Source of the DNA: Bacteroidetes bacterium CG12_big_fil_rev_8_21_14_0_65_60_17
GTDB lineage: Bacteria > Bacteroidota > Rhodothermia > Rhodothermales > UBA10348
Direction: 5' to 3'
Length of the DNA stretch: 64,000 nucleotides
NCBI GenBank assembly: GCA_002787815.1
Contig: PCUY01000017.1
Span: 3,635 to 67,634 of the forward strand
The translations under genes were made by a program, and so were the position numbers. This document shows positions 39,628-48,984 of this stretch, in pieces. Under the pieces are notes generated by a model, which had not been told where the DNA came from, did not search any database, and worked only from the letters and a program-made list of their open reading frames with translations. Positions within the stretch are counted from its first letter, which is position 1; each line of letters begins with the position of its first letter.

Positions 39628-40704
39628 TCAGGATGCTTCAAACAGGTAGGCAAGTGGAACGAGACGGGCGCCATCACGGTCCGCTACAGCAAATTGGCCT
39701 CGCCCACCCCATATTTCTGCGCCTCCGATGAGGCCGTCCCTTCGAAGCGCATAAAATTGAACATTGAAGCGTGGTCTTCCTTGCTCATCGAGCAGATAGG
39801 CCGGTTTTGTACGGGAGGCAATGCGCTTCACGGCAAAGAGGCACGCCTCTTCCGGTGTGTCACCGGCGCGCATACGCTCAACAATCAGAAACGAAGCCAG
39901 CGACTCAAGGTTGGCTTCGCCACGTCCTGTGGATCCGGCCGCACCCACATCATTGTCCACATAGAGCCCGGCACCAATAATGGGGGAGTCACCTACGCGA
40001 CCCGGTATCTTGAAGGCCAGCCCCGAGGTCGTAGTAACTCCCGAGATATTCCCGTTGAGATCCATGGCACAGCAATTGATGGTGCCCCAATGCCGCTCAT
40101 TCCAGCCCTCTACCTGGCCAATCGTGGCGTCGTCAAATGAATGCTCCGGCAGATATTCATCGTCCGTGGAGAGGTTTTCTTTCCATCGTAACCACCTTCG
40201 GCGCGAGCGCTCCGTCATCAGGTCCTGTATGGGAAACCCGTGCATGCGCGCGAACTCCTGTGCTCCCTTGCCGACAAGCAGCACGTGATCGCTCCGGCGC
40301 AGCACCTTGAGTGCCACGCGCGAGGCGTGTACGATACCTTCCAGTGCGGCCACACCACCGGCCCTGCCCGATGGGCCGTGCATGACGCTGGCATCGAGTT
40401 GCACGACACCGTCCGCGTTCGGGAGTCCTCCCAGCCCTACACTGGTGTCTTCAGGATCTTCCTCGACGAGGGAAACGCCGGCCACGACGGCATCCAGGGC
40501 ATCGGCCCCCGATTCTATTTCCTCCAGTGCACGCCGTACGGCCCGCGTACCGTTGCGGCTGGAAATGACGATCGGCCCTCGCGCGGAAAAATAATCCGGG
40601 GCCGGATTGGAACCCATCTCGGAGAGTGCGGCGCTCGCAGCTGTGGTGCTGCCCAAGCCAAGTACAATGGATTTCGTTATGAATTGACGCCTGTTGGAGC
40701 CCAT
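39628..40704 (-). CDS. Ntn-hydrolase of the asparaginase_2 family (glycosylasparaginase / isoaspartyl peptidase-like), Tat-exported
   Basis: Twin-arginine signal SNRRQFITKS. Putative autoprocessing site HWGTINCCAMD, then GVTTTSGLAFKIPGRVGDSPIIGAGLYVD. Confidence 0.88.
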   Translation of the reverse strand: MGSNRRQFITKSIVLGLGSTTAASAALSEMGSNPAPDYFSARGPIVISSRNGTRAVRRALEEIESGADALDAVVAGVSLVEEDPEDTSVGLGGLPNADGVVQLDASVMHGPSGRAGGVAALEGIVHASRVALKVLRRSDHVLLVGKGAQEFARMHGFPIQDLMTERSRRRWLRWKENLSTDDEYLPEHSFDDATIGQVEGWNERHWGTINCCAMDLNGNISGVTTTSGLAFKIPGRVGDSPIIGAGLYVDNDVGAAGSTGRGEANLESLASFLIVERMRAGDTPEEACLFAVKRIASRTKPAYLLDEQGRPRFNVQFYALRRDGLIGGAEIWGGRGQFAVADRDGARLVPLAYLFEAS

Positions 40705-40766
40705 GTCTTCACTGCTGAGTCTCAGCTGTATGTATACTCCCGTGAAACCTACGGCGTTACCCGGAC

Positions 40767-41414
40767 ATGCACAAAATTATGCAACTGCACGTCATCACTG
40801 ATTTTTTTCTGCAGCAGACCTACTCGCACGCTGATCTCACGCAGATGGCCTTCGAAGGCGGAGCCACCCACGTTCAGTTCAGACAGAAGACGGGCTCTCT
40901 CAGGGCGCGGTACCGGGCGTGTCGCGAAGCACGCGATGTGGCGTCCCGATATGATGGCCTATTCATTGTGAACGATCGCGTGGATCTTGCCCTGGCTGTC
41001 AATGCTGACGGTGTTCACGTCGGTCAGGGCGACCTTCCGGCACGGGTCGTGCGGGAGATCATTGGACCTGACCGTATCCTTGGCGTCACCGCTACCACCA
41101 CGGACGCCGCCGTCCAGGCCGAGCGTGATGGCGCAGATTACGTCGGATTCGGCCCTGTTTTCCAGACAACATCGAAATCCAATCCCGCTTCGGTAAAAGG
41201 ACTGGACGGCCTGTTGCAGGCAGCGCGTGCCGTTCGTATTCCCGTGATAGCCATCGCCGGCATTACCGCTGCAAAAATCCCACTGCTGCTGGAGCACGGT
41301 GCTTCAGGGTGCGCCGTCCTGTCGGCCGTATGCGTCGCCCCCCATCCCGACCGGGCAACGCGAGCATGTGCCGATCAGCTGAAACTTGACGTGAAACACC
41401 CGGATGGCTTGTAA
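40767..41414 (+). CDS. thiE: Thiamine-phosphate synthase
   Basis: LHVITD, VQFRQK, FIVNDRVDLALAVNADGVHVGQGDLP, GVTATT, GADYVGFGPVFQTTSK, VIAIAGI. Confidence 0.9.
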   Translation: MHKIMQLHVITDFFLQQTYSHADLTQMAFEGGATHVQFRQKTGSLRARYRACREARDVASRYDGLFIVNDRVDLALAVNADGVHVGQGDLPARVVREIIGPDRILGVTATTTDAAVQAERDGADYVGFGPVFQTTSKSNPASVKGLDGLLQAARAVRIPVIAIAGITAAKIPLLLEHGASGCAVLSAVCVAPHPDRATRACADQLKLDVKHPDGL

Positions 41415-41453
41415 TCCGTCCGTCCGCCTGCTACTTTCTCGTAATCCCCCTTT

Positions 41454-42578
41454 TTGCCTTTTTCCGCTATGCCGTACTCCGCACGTCTGCAACGTCTTGA
41501 ATCCGCCATTGAGGCCTCTCCACTCGGAGCCATGGTTCTCAATGCAGGTCCCAGTCTACCCTATATGACCGGATTGCACGTCCATCTCAGTGAGCGTCCT
41601 GTGGTCGCGTGTTTTTCGCCGGGCACATCGCCGACCCTCGTGCTCCCGGCGCTTGAGACGCAGAAAGTTCAGCATCTGCCTTTTGGGATGGACGTCTACA
41701 CGTATTCGGAGTCACTTCCGTCATGGCACACGGCGTTTGAAGCGGCACTGGGTCACTTGCCGGAGGGTGTCCGGATCGGTGTTGAGGACGGCGTTCTCCG
41801 GTTTCTTGAGCTGAATTACATGCAGAAGGCGGCACCATCGGCACAGTTTGTCTCGGGAGAGGAGATCATGGCCTCGCTCCGTATGCGCAAGGACATTACC
41901 GAGCGGACACTCATGAAGGAGGCCGTTCGCATGGCGGAAGAGGCGCTCCGAAGCACACTTCCGCACGTAAAGCCGGGAGTGACGGAACGGGAAATCAGTT
42001 CCCGACTCATTGCACGCATGCTGGACGAAGGTTCCGGTGGTGAGTTGCCTTTCCAGCCCATCATTGCTTTCGGGCCCAACAGTGCCAATCCGCACGCCGT
42101 GCCTACCGATTATGCCGCGCGCGAAGGGGATCTGATCCTCTTTGACTGGGGTGCCAACAACAGAGGGTACTTCTCCGATTTGACCCGAACGTTCGTGCTG
42201 GGCGAACCAGATGACGTCATTCGCCGCATCTATCAGACCGTAGAGAAAGCCAATGCGGCAGGCAGGGCGGCAGGTAAACCGGGAGTGACGGCGGGCTCGC
42301 TCGATGCGGCGACCCGGGACGTGATTGACCAGGCCGGGTTTGGCCCACAATTCGTACACCGGACCGGACATGGAATCGGGCTCGATGTACACGAACCACC
42401 GTATATCCGGTCGGGGAACGATGTGCTTCTGGAACCGGGAATGACCTATACGATCGAACCGGGAATCTATGTACCGGAGCACGGTGGGGTACGTATTGAA
42501 GACGACATGATTGTAACCGAAGACGGGTGCGAGAGCCTGACTACATACCCGCGGGAGCTCACCATCCTGCCGGTCTGA
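41454..42578 (+). CDS. M24-family Xaa-Pro aminopeptidase/dipeptidase
   Basis: Creatinase-like N-domain plus pita-bread fold. LFDWGA, HRTGHGIGLDVHEPP, YTIEPGIY and GGVRIEDD supply the metal ligands. Confidence 0.9.
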   Translation: MPFSAMPYSARLQRLESAIEASPLGAMVLNAGPSLPYMTGLHVHLSERPVVACFSPGTSPTLVLPALETQKVQHLPFGMDVYTYSESLPSWHTAFEAALGHLPEGVRIGVEDGVLRFLELNYMQKAAPSAQFVSGEEIMASLRMRKDITERTLMKEAVRMAEEALRSTLPHVKPGVTEREISSRLIARMLDEGSGGELPFQPIIAFGPNSANPHAVPTDYAAREGDLILFDWGANNRGYFSDLTRTFVLGEPDDVIRRIYQTVEKANAAGRAAGKPGVTAGSLDAATRDVIDQAGFGPQFVHRTGHGIGLDVHEPPYIRSGNDVLLEPGMTYTIEPGIYVPEHGGVRIEDDMIVTEDGCESLTTYPRELTILPV

Positions 42579-44008
42579 TGAAGACGGCGACGGCTCTCAT
42601 CCTGACAGGCAGGCAGGCTTTTGCAGACGAGTTGGTCGACACGCTTTCTGACCATTTTTCATGCCGTTTGAAGGTGCCCTCGAAAATGGCATCGGTCGAT
42701 CTCAATACGTCTCTGGTGCTGTTTGATCTCGCAGACGAGCAGTTCGATTGGGACGCTGTGATGGCAGAAATCTGCCACGAGTTCCATGGAGCGTGCGTAC
42801 TTCTTGTATCCCGGCTACCGGATGCGGCAGACTGCGCGCGCTATACGCGAATGGGGGCGCAGGATATTCTGGACATGCAACGGATGGACCGCAAGGAGGT
42901 GGCCTCACGGCTTGTCATGGCCACCGAGCGCTCCCGCATTCTCGGTATTTCGCAGGATGCGGCCGTTCACATTCGATCGGTCATAGAATTCGTATCCGAT
43001 GCCATCCTGATCATAGACGACCACGGGACCGTCGTATTTGCGAACTCGGCCAGTGAAGAGCTGTTCGGTAAATCGATTGAAGAGCTGTTTGGCGCACTGT
43101 CCCCGGTAGATCCAGGCGACTGCAGCGACATTTTCTGCCTGCTCGACATCCAACGTCAGGATGGGCAAACGGTACATGCCAGTCTGCAGACATCAGATAT
43201 CATCTGGGAGGGCCGACAGGCACATATGCTGGCCATGCGCGACCTTACGAGTGAGACAGAGCTCCGGCAGCATCTTCTCGACGCCCGTAAAACGTCGGAA
43301 AAAACGAAGGAACTCAAGGCCTCTTTTCTGGCCAACATGAGTCACGAGTTGAGGATGCCTCTGGCCAGTATTGTCGGTTTTGCCGAAATCATTGAAGAAA
43401 CGGCCGGCGACAGTGAAATGAGAGAGTTCGCATCGCTTATCCAGGAATCGGGTGGGCGTCTCCTGCATGCCATAAACGCCGTTCTGGACATGTCCCGTTT
43501 GGAGGCGGGACGGTTCAAGGCCATGCCGGAAGAGGTCGACGTAGCCGAGGTGATAGAAGGGGCGGTCCGTCTCATGAAGCCTCTCTCCCGTGAAAAAGAC
43601 ATTGATGTGGTCACTGACGGTCCATCGCCCCTGCTCTTCCATACCGACCCGGTATTTCTGGAGCGGGTAATGAACAACCTGGTGGGAAATGCCATCAAGT
43701 TCACCGACAACGGGTTTGTCCGCGCCGAATGGGCACTCAGCGACGGCACCCTGGATATCCGTGTGTCCGACACGGGGATTGGCATTTCGCCCGATTTCAT
43801 TCCCCAGGTATTTGAGGAGTTCAGCCAGGAAAGCACCGGCCGGGCCCGGCAGTATACCGGCACAGGTCTGGGTCTCGCCATTACGCAGCGGCTCGTAACC
43901 GAACTGGGAGGACAGATCAGCGTCAGTTCGGAAAAGGGTGCCGGCACGACATTCCATGTCCGGATTCCGATGTCTGAACCAACAGATACAGGAAGCCGTA
44001 CACCGTGA
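42578..44008 (+). CDS. Cytoplasmic sensor histidine kinase: pseudo-receiver, PAS, HisKA, HATPase_c
   Basis: Start at ATG 42578 (TGATG overlap with the M24 gene). REC-like N-terminus lacking the DD pocket (ALILTGRQ...LVLFDLADE). PAS (SVIEFVSDAILIIDDHGTVVFAN), H-box MSHELRMPL, N/G boxes NLVGNAIKF and GTGLGLAI. No TM segment. Confidence 0.9.
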   Translation: MKTATALILTGRQAFADELVDTLSDHFSCRLKVPSKMASVDLNTSLVLFDLADEQFDWDAVMAEICHEFHGACVLLVSRLPDAADCARYTRMGAQDILDMQRMDRKEVASRLVMATERSRILGISQDAAVHIRSVIEFVSDAILIIDDHGTVVFANSASEELFGKSIEELFGALSPVDPGDCSDIFCLLDIQRQDGQTVHASLQTSDIIWEGRQAHMLAMRDLTSETELRQHLLDARKTSEKTKELKASFLANMSHELRMPLASIVGFAEIIEETAGDSEMREFASLIQESGGRLLHAINAVLDMSRLEAGRFKAMPEEVDVAEVIEGAVRLMKPLSREKDIDVVTDGPSPLLFHTDPVFLERVMNNLVGNAIKFTDNGFVRAEWALSDGTLDIRVSDTGIGISPDFIPQVFEEFSQESTGRARQYTGTGLGLAITQRLVTELGGQISVSSEKGAGTTFHVRIPMSEPTDTGSRTP

Positions 44009-45186
44009 TTTCAGATCCTACGACACTTTTCGCCGTCCTCGCGGCGGTCCTTGCCGGTGTTTTCTGGTTGGCCACACTTCCCCGACTGAAGCGCTTTTTC
44101 CAGTTCATGCCGCCGGTCATCTGGGCCTACTTCGTCCCCATGATCCTTACCACAGCCGGGATTACGCCCGCCCAGAGTGAGGTCTACACATGGATGTCCC
44201 GCTATCTGCTCCCATTTGCCCTGTTCCTGTTGATGCTGACGGTCGATCTGCCCGCCATTCTGAAGCTGGGAAAGACGGCTCTCATGATGATGGTGGCTGG
44301 CACGATTGGAATCATGCTCGGTGCACCGGTTGCCTACCTCATATTTGCCTCGGTGCTTCCGGCCGATGCCTGGCAGGGACTGGCTACGTTGTCCGGAAGT
44401 TGGATCGGCGGAACGGCCAACATGCTGTTCATCAAGGACAGTGTGGGTACACCGGACTCTCTGGTTGGTCCCATCATTGTGGTCGATACGGTCGTGGGCT
44501 ATGGTTGGCTAGGCATACTTGTGTTCATGAGCACGTTCCAGGATCGGTTCGATACGTGGATAGGTGCAGACAAGACCGTTATAGAAGCCACGAACCGGCG
44601 TCTGGCGGAGGTAGACACGACACGCGAGCCCTCCGATACCCCTGACCTGGCCTACATCCTGGGACTCACGCTGCTCGTTACGGTATTGTCTCTCGCTGTA
44701 GCCACCTACCTGCCGGATATTGGCAATCCCACGGTCATTACCAGCAGTACGTGGGGCATCCTGATTGTGGTGACCGTCGGCATCGCGCTTTCGTTCACGC
44801 GCCTTCGCAGGCTGGAGCACCGAGGAGGATCGAAAGTGGGCTACCTCGCGCTGTACCTTCTTCTGACATCGATCGGAGCCCAGGCCGACGTTGCAGCCGT
44901 ATTGCAGGTACCCATGTACATGCTGGCAGGCGTGGTCTGGATCCTGGTTCACATCGGCATACTGTTGCTCGTGGCGCGCTGGTTGCGTGCTCCCCTCTTC
45001 TTCGTCGCCACCGGTAGCATGGCCAACATCGGCGGTGCCGCGAGCGCGCCCATCGTCGCCAGCGTGTATTTTCCCGCCATGGCCCCGATAGGACTCCTGA
45101 TGGGAGTATCGGGGTATATCCTCGGCATCTACGGCGCGCTCTTCACGGCACAACTGCTCGCCTGGATGTCAGGATTTCTTGTGTGA
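44005..45186 (+). CDS. DUF819-family integral membrane protein
   Basis: 393 aa, about 10-12 TM helices. GSWIGGTANM and MANIGGAASAP segments match my recollection of DUF819. GTG start in a GTGA overlap with the kinase stop. Confidence 0.75.
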   Translation: MISDPTTLFAVLAAVLAGVFWLATLPRLKRFFQFMPPVIWAYFVPMILTTAGITPAQSEVYTWMSRYLLPFALFLLMLTVDLPAILKLGKTALMMMVAGTIGIMLGAPVAYLIFASVLPADAWQGLATLSGSWIGGTANMLFIKDSVGTPDSLVGPIIVVDTVVGYGWLGILVFMSTFQDRFDTWIGADKTVIEATNRRLAEVDTTREPSDTPDLAYILGLTLLVTVLSLAVATYLPDIGNPTVITSSTWGILIVVTVGIALSFTRLRRLEHRGGSKVGYLALYLLLTSIGAQADVAAVLQVPMYMLAGVVWILVHIGILLLVARWLRAPLFFVATGSMANIGGAASAPIVASVYFPAMAPIGLLMGVSGYILGIYGALFTAQLLAWMSGFLV

Positions 45187-46962
45187 CGCGGCCAGCGTCT
45201 CCGCCTCCTGGACCAGATCGTTGATGGCATCTATTCCTGATTGCCAGAACGCTGGATCTCTCAAGTCAATTCCGAGGCGCCCCACCAGCACATGCGGCCA
45301 ATCGGAGCCGCCGGCAGAAAGAAGGCTGGTGTACTCCCTTACGAATGCATCGGGCGCGTCAAGATAGCGCCTGTAGAGTGCGAGGACCAGCAATTCACCG
45401 AATGCATAGGCGTAGACGTAGCCCGGCGTGTGCAGGAAATGTGGAATGTAGCTCCACCAGTGGCGGTAGTTCTCCCCCAGCGTGACCGATCCCTGAAACA
45501 TGGCTTCCTGGGTCTCCATCCACGCACTGCAGAACTGCTCGGCGTCCAATTCACCCTCCTCGCGACGAAGCGTGTGGATCCGATTCTCAAACCGGTTCAT
45601 GGTGACCTGCCGAAAAACCGTCGCCATCGTATCGTCTATTTTCCCCATGAGCATCGACAATCGGTTCATGGGATCTGTTTCAGCAGCGAGCATATTCTGA
45701 AACACCAGCATCTCGCCAAAAACGGACGCTGTTTCCGCCGTTGTCAATGGCGTATCGGCATGGAAAATACCCTGTCCACGGGACAGGTATTGGTGTACTC
45801 CATGCCCCAACTCGTGAGCCAGCGTCTGTACGTCACGTACCTGGCCCGTATAATTGAGCAGAATGTAGGGGTGCGCTGACGGGACGGCTCCGTGACTGAA
45901 GGCGCCGCCGCGCTTCGCGTCGCCAAGCGCTGCATCTATCCATTTCTCGTCAAAAAACCGCTCTACGATCCGACCGATCTCCGGCGAGAATTCCGCATAG
46001 GACCGGGTAACGATATCCCGGGCACGGTCCCACGTCCAATGGCTGTCGGCCTCGCTGACCGGCGCATACCGGTCGTATTCCGTCATCTCGTCAATCCCGA
46101 GCAGATCCTTCTTGAGGCGGTAGAACCGGCCAACCACGTCGTAACTTCCGGTCACCGTATTGATCAGGGCCTCCACATCCTTTCCGTCGACCTCGTTGGC
46201 CAGATTGCGCGACTGGATCCATGACGTGAATCCCCTGAGACGATCGTCGGTGGACTTGTCAGAGAGCAGCGTATTGAATATGAAGGTGAGAGTACGCTCG
46301 TTTTCACGCAGCCCTTCGCTGAATGCCTCGGCTGCATCGCGTCGAAGTGACCGGTCCTTCTCGTGCAACCTGGCCAGCACCTGCTGTTGCGTAAGTTGCT
46401 CACCGTGGAGCGTGAACCGCATGGCCCCCATGGTTTCATCGAAATAGCGGTTCCACGCGGACCGGCCCGTCAGCCCCTTTTCCACCAGGATTCGCTCTTC
46501 CGGCTCACTCAGTACATGGGGCTTGTTGAGTCGGAGCATCCTGAGATAATGGTCGGCGATATCCCGTGTTTCGGCAAGTTGCAGGTATTCATCTGCCCGC
46601 TCGTCATCGAGGTCAACCCACTCCAGTTCGAAAAACAGCAGTTTTGTACTGAGCGCCGTGTATTCCTCCTTGACCGCCTGGAGGAGCTTGCCCGTAGCGG
46701 GAGAAGCGGTATTGGTTGACCATGCAAGGTAGGCATACGTATAGGCACGGCCTGCGGCGTCCTGGATACCCGCGTAGGTCTTCAGCAGGTCAGCAAACGC
46801 GGCGGCGCCCACGTCGGCCAGCTTTCCCCTGTGGGCATCGGCGAATTCGCCAGCCCTGCCGGACGCCTTTTCGAGTGCACGGAGTGCGTCCTCATCAGTT
46901 GCGTACAGGTCGGTAAGGTCCCATGTGATGTGCTCTGCTCCTGTCGGGCGGTCAGTGGACAT
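45169..46962 (-). CDS. M3B-family oligoendopeptidase (PepF-like)
   Basis: Start set to ATG 46962 (MSTDRPTGAEHITWDLTDLYA, typical PepF N-terminus). Zinc site AHELGHGVH. The track ORF (to 47667) is an artefactual N-terminal extension across the divergent tlpA-like gene. Confidence 0.9.
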   Translation of the reverse strand: MSTDRPTGAEHITWDLTDLYATDEDALRALEKASGRAGEFADAHRGKLADVGAAAFADLLKTYAGIQDAAGRAYTYAYLAWSTNTASPATGKLLQAVKEEYTALSTKLLFFELEWVDLDDERADEYLQLAETRDIADHYLRMLRLNKPHVLSEPEERILVEKGLTGRSAWNRYFDETMGAMRFTLHGEQLTQQQVLARLHEKDRSLRRDAAEAFSEGLRENERTLTFIFNTLLSDKSTDDRLRGFTSWIQSRNLANEVDGKDVEALINTVTGSYDVVGRFYRLKKDLLGIDEMTEYDRYAPVSEADSHWTWDRARDIVTRSYAEFSPEIGRIVERFFDEKWIDAALGDAKRGGAFSHGAVPSAHPYILLNYTGQVRDVQTLAHELGHGVHQYLSRGQGIFHADTPLTTAETASVFGEMLVFQNMLAAETDPMNRLSMLMGKIDDTMATVFRQVTMNRFENRIHTLRREEGELDAEQFCSAWMETQEAMFQGSVTLGENYRHWWSYIPHFLHTPGYVYAYAFGELLVLALYRRYLDAPDAFVREYTSLLSAGGSDWPHVLVGRLGIDLRDPAFWQSGIDAINDLVQEAETLAASHKKS

Positions 46963-47031
46963 GAATCTCTGAAGTTTCTGGGTAACGGAACGGAATGCCG
47001 GTCCACGCATGGAACCACCCGCACGTTCCCC

Positions 47032-47664
47032 ATGGCATCCATTATGACTGAATCTTACAGAAATCACCTCCCCGGTCGGGGCCTTGGCGCGATTGTGTTG
47101 CTGGCGGCACTCCTTGTCACCTCCTGCTCTGGCGACAGGAGCGACGAGAGGACGGGCGGCGGGATAGGGCTCGAGGATAACCGAACCGGATCGCCGGCGC
47201 GAACGGAAACGATCAATGGCACGTCGGTCGCTTACCTGAGCCAGGATCTGCCTTCTTTTTCGGCGCAGGGAATACGAGGCGAATCCATTGACGAGCGCTT
47301 GCTGGAAGGCCGGATTTCCCTGGTCAATTTCTGGGCTACCTGGTGTGGTCCATGTATCATAGAGACACCTGAACTGGTCGGGCTCTACGAGGAATGGTCC
47401 GACAGACCGTTCCAGATCCTCGGAGTTTCCATGGATACCTACGCAGACCAGGAAGTGGTTGATTTCGTGGACAATTTCGAGGTCACCTACCCCGTATTCG
47501 TAGACACGATGGGTGTTGCCGACGCCTTCGGAGGCGCATTCGCCCTGCCGACCACCTATCTGGTGGACGGAACCGGTACCGTTGTTCGCAGATACATCGG
47601 TCTTTTTCCCGTGAGCCGCGTACGTGCCGAGCTGGACAGCCTCATTACGGCGCTTGAATCCTGA
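47032..47664 (+). CDS. TlpA-family thiol-disulfide oxidoreductase, probable lipoprotein
   Basis: Start at ATG 47032 or 47044. Lipobox LLVTSCSG. Thioredoxin active site FWATWCGPC. Confidence 0.85.
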   Translation: MASIMTESYRNHLPGRGLGAIVLLAALLVTSCSGDRSDERTGGGIGLEDNRTGSPARTETINGTSVAYLSQDLPSFSAQGIRGESIDERLLEGRISLVNFWATWCGPCIIETPELVGLYEEWSDRPFQILGVSMDTYADQEVVDFVDNFEVTYPVFVDTMGVADAFGGAFALPTTYLVDGTGTVVRRYIGLFPVSRVRAELDSLITALES

Positions 47665-47679
47665 CAACAGGCTACGGTA

Positions 47680-48984
47680 TCATGATGGGCCGGTCGGTTC
47701 AAATACACCGACGGTCTGGCGATCCAGGTGGATTACGTCCGCCAATGCGAGCCGAATTTGCTCCGCTGTGCAGCTTCGTGCCACATCCAACCAGGTAGCG
47801 AATCGTCTCCAGTCACCGGATGCGATCGCCTCGTTCAATGCAGCCGCCGTACTGTAGGAGCCGTCTGTACTATAGGCAAATGCCGCTTCGAGTCCCGTAA
47901 GCGCCCGCGTCATTTCTTCTGCCCCGGGTCCGTCAGTAACAAGACGCTCCAGTTCCTCATCCACGGCCCGTTCCACATCCTCGACGGGCGTTCCGGCACC
48001 CGGTGACGCATAGATCATAAAAAGTCCGGGATCATGCAGCGGCGTAAAAATTGCCTGTTGCGCCGTTGCGAGTCCTTTTTTGACCAGGCCCCTGTACAGA
48101 CGCGTTGTTCGTCCCCCCGAGAGGATCTGTGCAGCCAGCTCCAGCGCGACACTTCGCTCATCCCGGGCGGGAAATGCCTTCCACCCCATGAGCAGGATCG
48201 GCACGTCACCCTGCATCCGGACGACAACACGACGAGGCCCACGCTGTTCGGGCTCGACCGCATGCACATCGGGCAAGGGTTCGGCTCCCCGTCCGATGGA
48301 ACCGAACGAGCGGCAAATGTCCGCCAGCACGTTGGTTTCGTCAAAATCACCGATCATAGACAATACGGCATTCTCCGGCCAGTAATAGCGGTCGTAGAAG
48401 CTGCGCAACCGGGCCGCCGTAACCTGTTCGATATCCCGCCGCCATCCTATGGTCGCGTGGTGATACGTATGCGCCTCGAACGCAGCCGCCCATACAGCCT
48501 GGTAGAGTTTTCGGAACGGCTCGTTCTCTCCCCGGTCGAACTCGTTCAGAATCACTGTTTTTTCAGAGGCTACATCCTCTTCACGGAGCAGGAGACCCCG
48601 CATCCGGTCGGCCTCGACCTCAATCACCGTCGAAACGTGCTCGCGCGGAAGCAGCGCATAATAATTCGTACGGTCCATCCACGTGGTTGCGTTTACCTGC
48701 GCACCCACCGATTGCAACAGGTTGAAGACAGAGGTTCCGCGATCCCGGTTGTACTTCTCCGTTCCCTTGAACATCATATGTTCGAGGAAATGCGTGGCAC
48801 CGGTCTCCCCTGTTCGTTCATGCCGGCTCCCCACCCTGTACGTGATCATACACGTCGCAACCGGCGCCATGCGCCTGGGAAGGAGCAGCACCTGGAGCCC
48901 ATTCGATACCAAACGATAGCAATCAATGCCACCGCATTCTTCCATGAACTCCATTCCAGGTACGGTTTCCACGTGCGTCCGCAT
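47680..48984 (-). CDS. M16-family (pitrilysin/insulinase) zinc peptidase
   Basis: 434 aa. Inverted zinc motif HFLEHMMFKGT (HxxEH). The start overlaps the polA stop by 1 nt. Confidence 0.9.
   Translation of the reverse strand: MRTHVETVPGMEFMEECGGIDCYRLVSNGLQVLLLPRRMAPVATCMITYRVGSRHERTGETGATHFLEHMMFKGTEKYNRDRGTSVFNLLQSVGAQVNATTWMDRTNYYALLPREHVSTVIEVEADRMRGLLLREEDVASEKTVILNEFDRGENEPFRKLYQAVWAAAFEAHTYHHATIGWRRDIEQVTAARLRSFYDRYYWPENAVLSMIGDFDETNVLADICRSFGSIGRGAEPLPDVHAVEPEQRGPRRVVVRMQGDVPILLMGWKAFPARDERSVALELAAQILSGGRTTRLYRGLVKKGLATAQQAIFTPLHDPGLFMIYASPGAGTPVEDVERAVDEELERLVTDGPGAEEMTRALTGLEAAFAYSTDGSYSTAAALNEAIASGDWRRFATWLDVARSCTAEQIRLALADVIHLDRQTVGVFEPTGPS

Noticed and set aside
40705-40766. Possible TPP riboswitch upstream of thiE, suggested by a GCTGAGT...CCCGTGAAACCTACGGCG resemblance to the CUGAGA / ACCUGAU...GCG core.
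   Set aside because: The intergenic space is only 62 nt, and a TPP aptamer needs about 100 nt. CUGAGA is not exact and I cannot draw the P2-P5 helices. A cmsearch with RF00059 would settle it.
46963-47667. N-terminal 235-aa extension of the PepF-like ORF (the track gives 45169..47667).
   Set aside because: The extension runs antisense across the TlpA-like thioredoxin gene, which has a WCGPC site and a lipobox. The conserved PepF N-terminus begins at the internal ATG 46962.
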